A stretch of DNA of 64,000 nt, taken from positions 1-64,000 of IMG/VR virus record IMGVR_UViG_3300005613_000002; one strand, given 5' to 3'. The position numbers were made by a program, and so were the translations under genes. A model generated the notes under the pieces. The model ran no database searches, was not told the origin of the DNA, and was given only the letters and a program-made list of their open reading frames with translations. Numbering within the stretch: position 1 is the first letter of the stretch; each line of letters begins with the position of its first letter. Below, one piece after another: positions 19,856 to 30,546 of this stretch.

Positions 19856-20644
19856 CTATTCATATTTTACAAAAACCAGCGTGATATATTCTATTAAATG
19901 TGGTACTGTATCTAAATAATCAATTTCACTAATGTCATACCAACCATAATTGGTGTTCTCTTTATCTAAATTTATATCAGAATCATCACCATCAAATCTA
20001 CAAGCAAAAATATGTTCAATACTATCAGAATTTCGTTGTATAGTGAAAGATTTAACAAATTTATTTATTTCTAAATCAGTTTCTTCTTTAATTTCTCTAG
20101 CACATGCTTTTTCTGGTCTTTCACCTTTATCAATCCCACCTCCAACTAATGACCATTTTTTCGGCATCCAACTTTTAGGATAATCTGACCTTTTTAAAAG
20201 AAGAATTTTATTATCCTTATTCATTATAACTGCAACCACATTTTTTGTTGGTTCTTTTTTCTTTTTCTTCTTTGTTGTTTCAGTTAATCTTGGTGTTTGA
20301 TGTGGTTTTAAATCAGTATTCGGATTTCTAGTTATCTGTCTTTTAGTATCTTTAGACCTATCCACAGCATCTCTATCAGCATTTAATGTTCTATCAATAA
20401 ATGATTTCATTAATTCACCACCAGCTAAATTATATTGAGCATTATTATCATTATCTGAATTATAATAATCAAAAAAGTTTTTCAATCTTTTCATTGATTG
20501 ATAAGTAATTTCACCATTTTTTAACATAAATTTAGCACGTTTAACGCCCTCACCATTTGGATTTGATACTAATGTGGTTTGAATTAAATTCAATATTTCA
20601 GGTGGAATCTTATATGTGTTATTATATAGTTCTTTATTAGCCAT
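19856..20644 (-). CDS. Nudix hydrolase with extra N-terminal domain
   Basis: Nudix box GGIDKGE-RPEKACA-REIKEETDL (GX5EX7REUXEE). Confidence 0.9.
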   Translation of the reverse strand: MANKELYNNTYKIPPEILNLIQTTLVSNPNGEGVKRAKFMLKNGEITYQSMKRLKNFFDYYNSDNDNNAQYNLAGGELMKSFIDRTLNADRDAVDRSKDTKRQITRNPNTDLKPHQTPRLTETTKKKKKKEPTKNVVAVIMNKDNKILLLKRSDYPKSWMPKKWSLVGGGIDKGERPEKACAREIKEETDLEINKFVKSFTIQRNSDSIEHIFACRFDGDDSDINLDKENTNYGWYDISEIDYLDTVPHLIEYITLVFVKYE

Positions 20645-21263
20645 TACTATTATTTTCTAATAAGTTAATTATTTTATCTGCATCTTTTTTATCCAACTTT
20701 TTAATCCAACCAGCAATTTTTTCCAATTTTTTATCACGAACATCATTAGATTTACTTTTTTTTGTGATTTCGTTTTCTTTCTTTTTATCAACTAAACTAT
20801 CTTCACTAACAACAGTTTCATCTATTTGCTTTGGTGCTTTAAATGCTTTCTCAAAATGACTTTCAACAATTTTTATTATTTTTTTAGCATACGTAACATT
20901 CATTTCTTTACGTGGGTCAATACCGTCAGCAGATATTTTTCGATAATCTGATTTTAATTTCTTTGGGTTTTTATAGTAGAATTTAAGAATCTCAAGATAT
21001 CTATCATACATTAATTCACCTAAATCATTAAGTAAATTAGTTTGTTCTTCATTTTCTTTACCTTCCATAAAAGGCATTAAACTAAATCCAAATCGACCCA
21101 ACATATCATACCTAAATGGTTGTTGTCCAATTTTTGCATTCTTATCTGTTGTCCCACCTGCTTGACTTTCCAAATCTGAACCATTTTTAGGTATAGCATC
21201 ATTACCAATTAATTCACCATTACCATCTATTATTTCTTTTATCTTTTTCTTTTTTATTTCCAT
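20637..21263 (-). CDS. Hypothetical charged protein
   Basis: 208-aa ORF with GTATTTATA motif upstream. Confidence 0.7.
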   Translation of the reverse strand: MEIKKKKIKEIIDGNGELIGNDAIPKNGSDLESQAGGTTDKNAKIGQQPFRYDMLGRFGFSLMPFMEGKENEEQTNLLNDLGELMYDRYLEILKFYYKNPKKLKSDYRKISADGIDPRKEMNVTYAKKIIKIVESHFEKAFKAPKQIDETVVSEDSLVDKKKENEITKKSKSNDVRDKKLEKIAGWIKKLDKKDADKIINLLENNSNG

Positions 21264-21287
21264 TTCGAAATTTTATTATAAATACTA

Positions 21288-24200
21288 TTAAATTCCGTAA
21301 TCAACTTCAAAATCAGAATTATCTGGTTCATTTGCTTTTTCAACTTTATCAATATACATTTCAATCGTTTTAATTACTTCATCACCCATTGCTACTTTTA
21401 ATTTATCAAAAGTGTCATATTCTTTTGGTATATTAAATGCTTCAACAAATTCATTATAGAATTTATCATAATCATAGACATAGGGTTTCTCTACCTCAAC
21501 ATCTGGAAGCACATTATCAATTTCAACTGTTTTTATTTCTTTTAATTCTTCAATATTTTCATCATTCTTAATATATTTCTTATCTAATTCAATCTCAATA
21601 TCGCTTTTAGGTATTTCTATATCTGACCTAACTATTTCCATAAATATCCCATTATACGCACCAACATGATAAGCACTACCTTTTTTAATTAAAACTAAAT
21701 CACCCTTAGTGTAATCATCATTTATTGATTTAATACTAGGCTTCTTCAATTTTATCATCTTTTCATTAAGAAATTTTAACGCATTATCATAAACTTCATA
21801 ATGAACTTTATAATCATCATACATTTTAAAACCATCCCACACTTTTCTTGGGTCATAACCACTTTTATTCCAAAAATCAACTTCAACATGTTCTAAATGT
21901 AATGATTCATCAACACTATCTAAATCATAATTTTTCAATTGTAATTGATCTGAAGTAAATAATTCTTTAATTAAATCACCTTTATTTTTACCCTTTTTTT
22001 CAGTTCTAATTAATATTTTTTCAGCAATTTCAGGGTCAAATCCTGAAATCAACGAACCAATTTTCTTCGAAGTATAACCAACTCTACTATTAAATGCATC
22101 AAGATATTTCTCATAATTATAAGTGCCAGTCATATTTGGGTTTTCCAGTAAATCTTCAGCACTAATTAAAGCTGATGCAAATCTCATTTCGCCAGTTTCT
22201 TTGTCTTTAATCATTTTCGAATCACCATGTGATTTAACATAGCCTGTATTAATATAGTAAACAGTAGAATCTAATTCTGGTTCAGGTGGCATATAATTAA
22301 TGATTAATTTCATTTTATCATCAGGACTTAGTTCACTATCATCAGCATTGAATCCAATATCACCTTTATGTTTTTCAAATAATTCAACCGCTTGTTTTTC
22401 ACGTTGTTGGATTAATAGTTCCATATGAGCTTGCATCCCTTTTTCTCTACCATTTTTATCTTTTCCCCTATGCTTATATGCTGTTAATGTTTGTTTTACT
22501 TTACTCTTACTTGCGATTTTTTTCAATGGAATTTGCATGTATCTTATATCCTCAACATACTTATGATAATAATCAACAAATTCCTTTCCTTTACCATGTA
22601 AAATTAAATCAAAACCATTATCAAGAAATTCTTCAATATATTCCGACATAGTTTTAGATTTAATGGTATTACCAGTTAATTTGATTTTCTCCTTCATTTC
22701 ACCAGTTTTTTTATCCTTATATTCTGAAAGTAAGGCATAATTAATTCTAGCAAGATTCAAACAACTAATAAATTCACCATCATCATCAACTGCCATATAT
22801 GGTTTAGGCATTTCTTCCTCGTTAAATTTTTCAATAAGTGCTTGAATACCTGTTTCACCTTTATATTGCCACATTTCATCAATAGGTCTTTCATTTTCTT
22901 CTATTACTGTTTTATCATCTCTAACTCTAATATTTGATAATTCAGGAATTTGGAAATTTACACCATCAGTTACCGCCAATAATGGAATACAACCATAATC
23001 ATTAAACCATTTAATTGCATGTCTCAATTGAATTCGTGCAACACAAGTAATTCTACCAGCACAAATATTATCAGACCAGTTAAAACTTATGTGAGAACCT
23101 AACGCACCAAATAATGAGTTATTCAAAATTTTAATCGGTAATTGTTTAACTTTAAATTTTGCTCTATCTTCTGGAGTAAGCGTACCTTCTTTAAATTTAA
23201 TATATGCTTCATGGTCAATCTCTGCCAATAATTTTATTTCTTCCTCATTAAGTTCAAGATATGCTGCTAATTTCTTATAAATATTACGAGTTGTTGTCAT
23301 ATATAACAACATTTTTTCCATAACAGCAGTAATATCAAACATTGGGAATACCCTATCGGTTAATTGAATCATTGGATACAATGATGCATAATCAATCTTG
23401 ATAATTCTTTCTGAATAACCCTTTTTAAATGTTCTAGCTAAACCACCACTAAAATGTTCATAAGTATCAGGTATTGGTACAGCTAAATCATTCTCATAAC
23501 TCCATGCAGTCAACAATAAATTCCAAATAGATGCAGTACCCATCGTACATACACGATGAAAATTGGTAGGAACTATTTTAGCCAACATAAATGATGATTG
23601 ATTATATAATTCATCAACCTGTTCAGTTTCCCATAAATCATCAAGTAGGTATTGTCTAAGTAATATTTTACCACTAATAAACGTAATTTTTTTATTTGGT
23701 AGTGCTTCTTTTCTAAACCACTCAACAAATTCTTTATCAGCAGAAAGATATTTCTTTTTAAATTCTAAATGCTTTTCATCACTTAAAATCTTTTTATTAG
23801 CTTGAAGCTTATACATTTTCCTGCCTGTTTCTTGGAATTCATCAGGAATTTGTATGTACTCATTATTACTTTCATTAACCAAAAAAACTTTATTTTCAGA
23901 ATAAAACTTACCAATTGAATTATCTTCTCCTTTTATGTAAGTCCTATTTGGTTTAGCAATTTTTTCATATTTTGCGATATTTTTTAAGCCAACTGATTTA
24001 ATTTCAGTATTCATAGCAGCAGTTTTTTTTGCTGCGTGCATAATATCAATAATTGAATAACCCCACATTTCTGTAGCAGTATATTTATCAGCATTATTTC
24101 CGTACTTAACAGAAGTATTTCCTTTTCTACGTAATTTTGCTTTTGGGTTTAATCCAACAGGTAATGCGTTAATATCCATTCCTAGAATTTCTGCTCTACC

Positions 24201-24983
24201 CAAAATATAATCAAAATCAAAATTTTCTGAGTTATATCCTGCAATAATTGCAGGTCTTTTCAATTCGATTAAATTAAAAAAATCTTGAATTAATCTGATT
24301 TCTGATTCATCATCATCAATTTTATCGACCTCTAACACAATATTCAAATCTCGATTATCTTTAACACCAATAGCAAACATTCTCGAAATTTGATATCTTA
24401 AACCAGTTGTTTCAATATCAAAAGTAATTCTATGTACATCTTTATATTCCTCTAAACCTTTAAATAATCTTGATTTAGTTGAAATAAAAAATTGGTCAGT
24501 TGTTTTTAGTGTATGAAATAAATCACGATTTGGATAAACGAAATCACCATTATTCTTTTTCAGAAATTTACCACGTTCATCTTTAGCTTTTTCATATGGA
24601 TTTATCCCACCATTTTTAATGAAATCAAGAATATGTTTATATGATTTATTTGATGTTAATTTATAACAATATCCATCAGTTAATCTTTGCTGATTACCTG
24701 TTTTTAATTTAGTGATAGTAACACCAAACAAATTCTGCATACTCTTAAAACGTTCATCAGAATATCCATCATAGAATTTATGACCAGTTTTGGATAAATC
24801 TTTCATATACATGAAAGGTTCATATCTAACATCTATAATTTTCTTTTCTTTATTAGGTTCATGAATGACGCATTTTGCAACATTAGTCCTAGAATCAGTT
24901 TCTACATTAACTAAATATTTTAAGTCATCATTATAACCTTCAAGAAAACCTTTTATTTCACCTAATACATTTAATTTATCCAT
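21288..24983 (-). CDS. Family B DNA polymerase with 3'-5' exonuclease
   Basis: ExoI FDIETTG, ExoII YNSENFD, ExoIII YLLDD, motif A DYASLYP, motif B K...NSLFG, motif C AVTDG. Confidence 0.93.
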   Translation of the reverse strand: MDKLNVLGEIKGFLEGYNDDLKYLVNVETDSRTNVAKCVIHEPNKEKKIIDVRYEPFMYMKDLSKTGHKFYDGYSDERFKSMQNLFGVTITKLKTGNQQRLTDGYCYKLTSNKSYKHILDFIKNGGINPYEKAKDERGKFLKKNNGDFVYPNRDLFHTLKTTDQFFISTKSRLFKGLEEYKDVHRITFDIETTGLRYQISRMFAIGVKDNRDLNIVLEVDKIDDDESEIRLIQDFFNLIELKRPAIIAGYNSENFDFDYILGRAEILGMDINALPVGLNPKAKLRRKGNTSVKYGNNADKYTATEMWGYSIIDIMHAAKKTAAMNTEIKSVGLKNIAKYEKIAKPNRTYIKGEDNSIGKFYSENKVFLVNESNNEYIQIPDEFQETGRKMYKLQANKKILSDEKHLEFKKKYLSADKEFVEWFRKEALPNKKITFISGKILLRQYLLDDLWETEQVDELYNQSSFMLAKIVPTNFHRVCTMGTASIWNLLLTAWSYENDLAVPIPDTYEHFSGGLARTFKKGYSERIIKIDYASLYPMIQLTDRVFPMFDITAVMEKMLLYMTTTRNIYKKLAAYLELNEEEIKLLAEIDHEAYIKFKEGTLTPEDRAKFKVKQLPIKILNNSLFGALGSHISFNWSDNICAGRITCVARIQLRHAIKWFNDYGCIPLLAVTDGVNFQIPELSNIRVRDDKTVIEENERPIDEMWQYKGETGIQALIEKFNEEEMPKPYMAVDDDGEFISCLNLARINYALLSEYKDKKTGEMKEKIKLTGNTIKSKTMSEYIEEFLDNGFDLILHGKGKEFVDYYHKYVEDIRYMQIPLKKIASKSKVKQTLTAYKHRGKDKNGREKGMQAHMELLIQQREKQAVELFEKHKGDIGFNADDSELSPDDKMKLIINYMPPEPELDSTVYYINTGYVKSHGDSKMIKDKETGEMRFASALISAEDLLENPNMTGTYNYEKYLDAFNSRVGYTSKKIGSLISGFDPEIAEKILIRTEKKGKNKGDLIKELFTSDQLQLKNYDLDSVDESLHLEHVEVDFWNKSGYDPRKVWDGFKMYDDYKVHYEVYDNALKFLNEKMIKLKKPSIKSINDDYTKGDLVLIKKGSAYHVGAYNGIFMEIVRSDIEIPKSDIEIELDKKYIKNDENIEELKEIKTVEIDNVLPDVEVEKPYVYDYDKFYNEFVEAFNIPKEYDTFDKLKVAMGDEVIKTIEMYIDKVEKANEPDNSDFEVDYGI

Positions 24984-24988
24984 TTATT

Positions 24989-25912
24989 TTATATATAATT
25001 TTCACTACCAATTAGACATTCTGAATTACTTAATGAAATTGAAATCTTATCCGACTTTATTTCAACACTAGCATCACCATCATTTGATGGCATTGGGTCT
25101 GAATTATATTTTGATGATTCTTTATTCAACATTTCTTCTTCAGCCATTATTTGTTCTCTTTTTTTCATATAGTCCTCACCATTTTCATCGACAACCCTAT
25201 AACCATGTCTATGTATTTCATTAACTTTGTCATGTAACATTTGTTCCTTGTAATTTTCAGGATAATTATTAGACTCATAATAATTAGTGGAAATTATTGT
25301 TTTACATGGAATACAACAACAACACGGTTTATATTCAATAAATTCATTATCTTTTGTTGATTCAATAATACGTGGATTTTCACAAGTATATATTAAATCC
25401 ATATATTTTTTCGGTAAATCTTTAGCCATTTGCCATTTTTTCATTTTTGATAATGGAAACACCAAAGGTATCATTTTATCACAAATAGATTGATATGATT
25501 TATAAATTTTTTTTATATCATTTAAATATGGAATTGCGTCATCATTGGAAACGTATCCAATTTGTATTTCATCCACCTTTAAACTTTGTAAAAAAACAAC
25601 ACCAAACATCCAAATTGGTATCTGTTTAAAATATAAACTATCTTCACAAATATTAACATTCACACTTGCAGCATATTCAACATCATGTAGCAACTTTTCA
25701 TCACATTTATATGTATCATCATTAGAATTGAATTCATCTTGAAATTCTTTCATTAATAAACCAACACGATTCTTTTCCATCATGACTTTATTATAATTGT
25801 TTTGAATTTCAATATAAATCGGAATTACAGTATTTCCATCCTTTAAATTTTTCCATACCAAATAGGTAGAATCTAACCCACTTGAAAATAAAATAGCAAC
25901 TCTTTTACTCAT
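24989..25912 (-). CDS. queC: 7-cyano-7-deazaguanine synthase-like PP-loop ATPase
   Basis: ILFSSGLDST PP-loop; FPL..MKK; TC...PCCCCIPC Zn-binding motif. Confidence 0.72.
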   Translation of the reverse strand: MSKRVAILFSSGLDSTYLVWKNLKDGNTVIPIYIEIQNNYNKVMMEKNRVGLLMKEFQDEFNSNDDTYKCDEKLLHDVEYAASVNVNICEDSLYFKQIPIWMFGVVFLQSLKVDEIQIGYVSNDDAIPYLNDIKKIYKSYQSICDKMIPLVFPLSKMKKWQMAKDLPKKYMDLIYTCENPRIIESTKDNEFIEYKPCCCCIPCKTIISTNYYESNNYPENYKEQMLHDKVNEIHRHGYRVVDENGEDYMKKREQIMAEEEMLNKESSKYNSDPMPSNDGDASVEIKSDKISISLSNSECLIGSENYI

Positions 25913-25924
25913 TTATTTAAATAT

Positions 25925-28750
25925 TTATTTATTATTGTGTTTTTCTTTAATTATTTTGATTACATCACTGAGTACTGATTCATTCACATTAGATTCATAA
26001 TCTTCATTGTCCATTACTTTAACTATTTCTTTTCTTTTACCTTCTATTGATGAATAAACATAATCATCAATAGTATCTGGAAAAATTGGGACATATATAT
26101 TAACAGCATTCTTTTGACCAATTCTATGTAAACGATCACTAACTTGGTCATATTCACCAACTGAATATGGTAATGTTGTTACAAATAATTTACTTGCTGC
26201 TGTAAGGGTTAATCCATAATTACAAGTCTGAATACTACCAAAAAATGCTTTAATTACACTATATAAATCTTGAAATTGTTCTACGAGAATTGCACGTTCT
26301 TCAACAGTTTGGTCACCAGTATGTAATGCTGACATTTCACCAAATTTTTCAGCTAATTGATGTAAACTATCTTTAAAATAATCTACCACAACAACCTTTT
26401 CCCCTGTTTCAATAATATTTTCAATTAAATCAATTAAATGTTTAACCTTTATGGATGCCAAATATTGTCTTAATCTAATCATTATTGTTAGTGGATTCCT
26501 TGTAGGGTGTTCAACAAATTCATTAGCTATTCCAGATTCAATTTCATCATATATTCTTTGTTCATTATCAGTCATTTCTAAAATTACTCGCTGATATGTT
26601 TTATCTGGTAAATCAGTTAATACCTCAGATTTTCTTACTCTATGTGTAAATGGTGCAATTTTATGGAATAATTCTTCAAATCTTGTCTCTAACTCATTAG
26701 TAACATAACCCCAACCACCTTCAATATCATATGTCATACCACAATAATACTCATTGAAGTATTTCTTTGTTGCAAAATCTGTTGGTGATATTTGATTTAA
26801 AACAGTATATAACTCATGTGCTCTATTTGGTGCAGGAGTTCCACTTAAAAATATTTTACTTATTTCATTATTTTTAAATATTGTTTTTTTAAACGTTCTA
26901 TTGAAATTCTTAAATGTGTTAGTTTTACCATTTTTTAATTTTTGTGATTCATCACAAATAACAGCATCAATTTTACCAATATTTAATTCTTTCCATTTTT
27001 TATCAAATTTATCTTTATCTTTAGGATTAAAATAATCGTAATTTAATATAATATATTTAGCATCATCAATACTACATTTATTTTTTCTCCATTTTACAAT
27101 ATGTGAATTACTTTTTGTGAATTTAATTACTTCACCATAAAAATTAAATTTTAATGAATTTGGTGTAATTACTACTACTTTCCTAAAATTATTCATTTCA
27201 GCATAAAGTATTGCGCTAAGAGTATTATGAGTTAAAACACAATTATCCATCACATATAAATGGTCGTCAGAGTCAATTGAAATACATTGTGCTTCTTTTT
27301 TACCGACATATTTAACATCAACAATTGCTCGATTTGGTAAATATTTTGTTGGTGCTACAAATGTTTCGATTTTTCTTTTTAATTTAAATGGGATAAATTG
27401 TTGTGGTAACTTTATTGTGATTCTCCAATAAAGTTTTCGTTCATTATTATAATTAACATATTTAGGTTTAATTCTACCAATACCACCCAATGATTGTACT
27501 ATAAATTGTACATCATTAATCAATTGTTTTGATGCTAAAGTTAATTCAATAATTGAATCTTTTCTTGAATGTCCATCAGTATCTAATATCCCTTGTAGTA
27601 TTTCAAGTCTTTGTTCTATTGATGAAAACTTATAATCATCAGGAATAAATTTTGTGTATGAATTACAACCTTTTAAATTATATTTTTTTAATGCTTGATT
27701 AATATAGTTATTTTTACCATCAGCAGTTAAATAATAATCCTTCACTGATTCACCACTTAAAACCAAATTATGTTTTTCTGGAAGTCTTAATTTTATTTCA
27801 TTAATTATTCCTTCATCAATTGATGAAAAACCAATACCATTTTTCACACAAATACAACCATCACCTAACAAACAACCTAAAACATATGGATTTATCTTTA
27901 AAACACGTTCTTCTAACTCAATTGGTTTAACAATTGGTATATACCATTTATTATTGCCATTTTTAAATTGTAACCCACCATCAATTATATCACGTAGCGT
28001 TTTAGTTAAATATGGATTTTTTCTCCAATTACGAATATATGTATTAACATTCCACAAATGTTCATCACATGATTGTGCAGTAGTTCCATCATTAAATGTA
28101 AGTTCATAAATATCTTTTAAACCTTGCGGATAAACACCATTTACTTTTTTTACTTTCCCATCACTACCAATAACTAAATCACCAACATTAACATCACCCA
28201 TTCTAATCCATCCTTTTGGTGACAGTATTTTAGAATCAATCGGATTTGCTTTACCCAATCCCATTTCGTGAGAAATAAGTGTGCTACGAGTGATATTCAT
28301 AAACATTGCAGCAACAATTTGATGTGGATATAGAACAATACCTTCGTTCACAAACGAATGCATTTTTTCAGTATATTTTAGATAATTTGTTTCTAATTCT
28401 AATTTATACTTTACCCAATTTTCTTTTTTTATGTTTAATTCAGCAATAAATTTACGCTTTTCATCTTCATCTTTTTCAATCTTTTTAATTTGATTGATGA
28501 AAATCTTTCGACTATCTTCATTACCAAAATCAAAATGAATTTTGGTTGAATTCTTATATTTTCTAATTAAAAGATATAGCGATGAAGTACTAACTTCCCA
28601 TGCCATATTTATGGGACTCCATTTACGGGTATCCTCTGGTAGGTCTTTTATTCTATTTATTAATTGGTCGTTTATTTGAAATCGTAGAAAATAGTATTTT
28701 CTTCTTCTTATTCTTTCACAATGAACAACAAAAATAGGTGTTTGTTTCAT
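25925..28750 (-). CDS. SNF2/SWI2-family helicase interrupted by an intein
   Basis: HEMGLGK|T Walker A split by the intein; DESQ, SGTP and QxxDRLHRIGQ motifs. Confidence 0.92.
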   Translation of the reverse strand: MKQTPIFVVHCERIRRRKYYFLRFQINDQLINRIKDLPEDTRKWSPINMAWEVSTSSLYLLIRKYKNSTKIHFDFGNEDSRKIFINQIKKIEKDEDEKRKFIAELNIKKENWVKYKLELETNYLKYTEKMHSFVNEGIVLYPHQIVAAMFMNITRSTLISHEMGLGKANPIDSKILSPKGWIRMGDVNVGDLVIGSDGKVKKVNGVYPQGLKDIYELTFNDGTTAQSCDEHLWNVNTYIRNWRKNPYLTKTLRDIIDGGLQFKNGNNKWYIPIVKPIELEERVLKINPYVLGCLLGDGCICVKNGIGFSSIDEGIINEIKLRLPEKHNLVLSGESVKDYYLTADGKNNYINQALKKYNLKGCNSYTKFIPDDYKFSSIEQRLEILQGILDTDGHSRKDSIIELTLASKQLINDVQFIVQSLGGIGRIKPKYVNYNNERKLYWRITIKLPQQFIPFKLKRKIETFVAPTKYLPNRAIVDVKYVGKKEAQCISIDSDDHLYVMDNCVLTHNTLSAILYAEMNNFRKVVVITPNSLKFNFYGEVIKFTKSNSHIVKWRKNKCSIDDAKYIILNYDYFNPKDKDKFDKKWKELNIGKIDAVICDESQKLKNGKTNTFKNFNRTFKKTIFKNNEISKIFLSGTPAPNRAHELYTVLNQISPTDFATKKYFNEYYCGMTYDIEGGWGYVTNELETRFEELFHKIAPFTHRVRKSEVLTDLPDKTYQRVILEMTDNEQRIYDEIESGIANEFVEHPTRNPLTIMIRLRQYLASIKVKHLIDLIENIIETGEKVVVVDYFKDSLHQLAEKFGEMSALHTGDQTVEERAILVEQFQDLYSVIKAFFGSIQTCNYGLTLTAASKLFVTTLPYSVGEYDQVSDRLHRIGQKNAVNIYVPIFPDTIDDYVYSSIEGKRKEIVKVMDNEDYESNVNESVLSDVIKIIKEKHNNK
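27224..28249 (-). mobile_element. 342-aa intein with LAGLIDADG homing endonuclease, class 3 (Ala1, WCT)
   Basis: Begins ANPIDSKIL after GLGK and ends LTHN before Thr+1; block B CDEHLW, block F AQCISI, block G THN; LGCLLGDG and LQGILDTDG helices. Confidence 0.9.
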
Positions 28751-28772
28751 CTTAATTACTCATATTAAGTAA

Positions 28773-28802
28773 CAAAGATAATAAATTCTAATTAAATGTC
28801 AA
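28773..28802 (-). promoter_or_regulatory. Bacteroidota-type sigma70 promoter TTG-N19-TATCTTTG
   Basis: Exact match to the -33/-7 consensus, just upstream of the helicase gene. Confidence 0.65.
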
Positions 28803-29219
28803 TCAAATTACAGTAGTTTTGGTAATACTATCTGAAATAATAATATCAACATATCCGTTTATTGGTAGTTTTATTTTACCACACCCCTGTTCACCTAAAA
28901 AATCGATAACGAATTCACCATTAAAAATTCCTGATTTTTTTGTATCTTTAAGTTTAAATTTATATGTTAACGTATATAATTCTTCATTAGGAAATTTTGC
29001 TCTATCATCATTCAATACAAGATTAGCAGGAATATTTGCAATACGATACAAACCAGTATCGCTATCAAACATTGAAAATGTTACCGCAACATTTTCAAGC
29101 ATATCATCAGTAATCTCATATTCCTCTCTTATTTTTTGAATAAGTGGATATTTTAATATTGGATATGTACTATCTTTTTTTATAAAGAATTTTTTTATAT
29201 TAAATGTTGAATAATTCAT
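28803..29219 (-). CDS. Small structural protein (BppU N-terminal-like)
   Basis: FFIKKDSTYP.L...V.F.M...L.Y.F...DT...G.F.GEF pattern. Confidence 0.5.
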   Translation of the reverse strand: MNYSTFNIKKFFIKKDSTYPILKYPLIQKIREEYEITDDMLENVAVTFSMFDSDTGLYRIANIPANLVLNDDRAKFPNEELYTLTYKFKLKDTKKSGIFNGEFVIDFLGEQGCGKIKLPINGYVDIIISDSITKTTVI

Positions 29220-29268
29220 TAGTTACTTTCCTCCATATTATTTAAATATAAATAGTAATTTATTGTTT

Positions 29269-29826
29269 TTATAAAAATGATTTAAGTTGACTAATATAAT
29301 TAACAATACCTTCTCCACGTACTACATAATTATTTGCTTCTTCTATAGTAGTAAAACTATCAATTTCTAAATATGCTTGAGTCCTCATTAAATTAAGTGA
29401 ATTAACTAATATAATAAAATCAGATGGAAAAGAAACTTCACCAGTACGTAATGGGTCATATATATTTTTTACTGCGCTTACTATAATTGATACTTCTTGT
29501 ATTATTTCCGAAACCTCTAATTTATAATTTGCTTGTATTTCTTCTAATGTTGGAAATATTATATCAACAATTCTGTATGAAAATATTTTATTTATTTCAT
29601 CCCAATACAAACTACCTAAATATTGTGTGTCAGCACTATATGATGGAATTATTAAATCATAGTAACCATATAATTCCCATAATTCAGGTAGTTGATTTAA
29701 ACCATGAATTATCTTACCATATGTTACCCCATTATATGTGAACTGTTTAAATTCTTTTATTATTTTAGGTGTTCTAGGTATTATTTCAAATGTATTTATA
29801 ATACCGTTCTCTAATCTTGCTTTCAT
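29269..29826 (-). CDS. Hypothetical protein, possible tail-fibre assembly chaperone
   Basis: Follows fibre-like genes; beta N-terminus, helical C-terminus. Confidence 0.5.
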   Translation of the reverse strand: MKARLENGIINTFEIIPRTPKIIKEFKQFTYNGVTYGKIIHGLNQLPELWELYGYYDLIIPSYSADTQYLGSLYWDEINKIFSYRIVDIIFPTLEEIQANYKLEVSEIIQEVSIIVSAVKNIYDPLRTGEVSFPSDFIILVNSLNLMRTQAYLEIDSFTTIEEANNYVVRGEGIVNYISQLKSFL

Positions 29827-29830
29827 AATA

Positions 29831-30520
29831 TTATGGTTTTAAATTTAATACAATTGCTGTTCCTCTATACCAATTAGCATAATATATATCATCAGTAGGT
29901 ACTGTACCAGCAGTAATTTTTAAATTATCAGCACAAACGAAATTAGCTTTACCAACTGGAATAATATTAGAATTAACTGAATATTCATCAATACCAGTAA
30001 CTGCATTACTATTATTTGGAAAAGCGTTGATAAATAATGTTACTAAATTATTTGATAAGGTAGTGGTTGTTGCTGGTACAGTAAAAAAACTATTAAAATT
30101 GCTTGATATAGTTGTCGTATTACTTATATCAAAAGGTACTCCAGAAGTCGCACACCCTGAAAATCTATACATAATACCTGCTGTGGCAGATTTTGCTGAA
30201 GGTGTATTAAATGACACCAAACCTGATTCATTTCCAGTAGCTCGTTTCCAAAATAATCCTCTACCCCATAATGAATCATATGTATTATATATGTGATTCC
30301 AACCTGTTGGTGGAGTAGATGATATTGCACCACTATATTGACCAACTAATGCTATTAGTATTTCATCCTTATATAATTCAGTTGGATAAGTCGCACTCAT
30401 ATTATAAAATAAATTAGTATATACACCACTCCCTCTATAAACTGGATATGCTGTTGGTATATAGGGAGGTTGTTTCTCACTTATCACCATTAACATTTGA
30501 CCTATACTTGGAATACTCAT
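29831..30520 (-). CDS. Beta-rich virion/fibre-associated protein
   Basis: TPPTGW...FWKRATG.E pattern seen in phage fibre accessory proteins. Confidence 0.5.
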   Translation of the reverse strand: MSIPSIGQMLMVISEKQPPYIPTAYPVYRGSGVYTNLFYNMSATYPTELYKDEILIALVGQYSGAISSTPPTGWNHIYNTYDSLWGRGLFWKRATGNESGLVSFNTPSAKSATAGIMYRFSGCATSGVPFDISNTTTISSNFNSFFTVPATTTTLSNNLVTLFINAFPNNSNAVTGIDEYSVNSNIIPVGKANFVCADNLKITAGTVPTDDIYYANWYRGTAIVLNLKP

Positions 30521-30546
30521 ATTGTTTAGTTTTTTCTCTGAAAATT

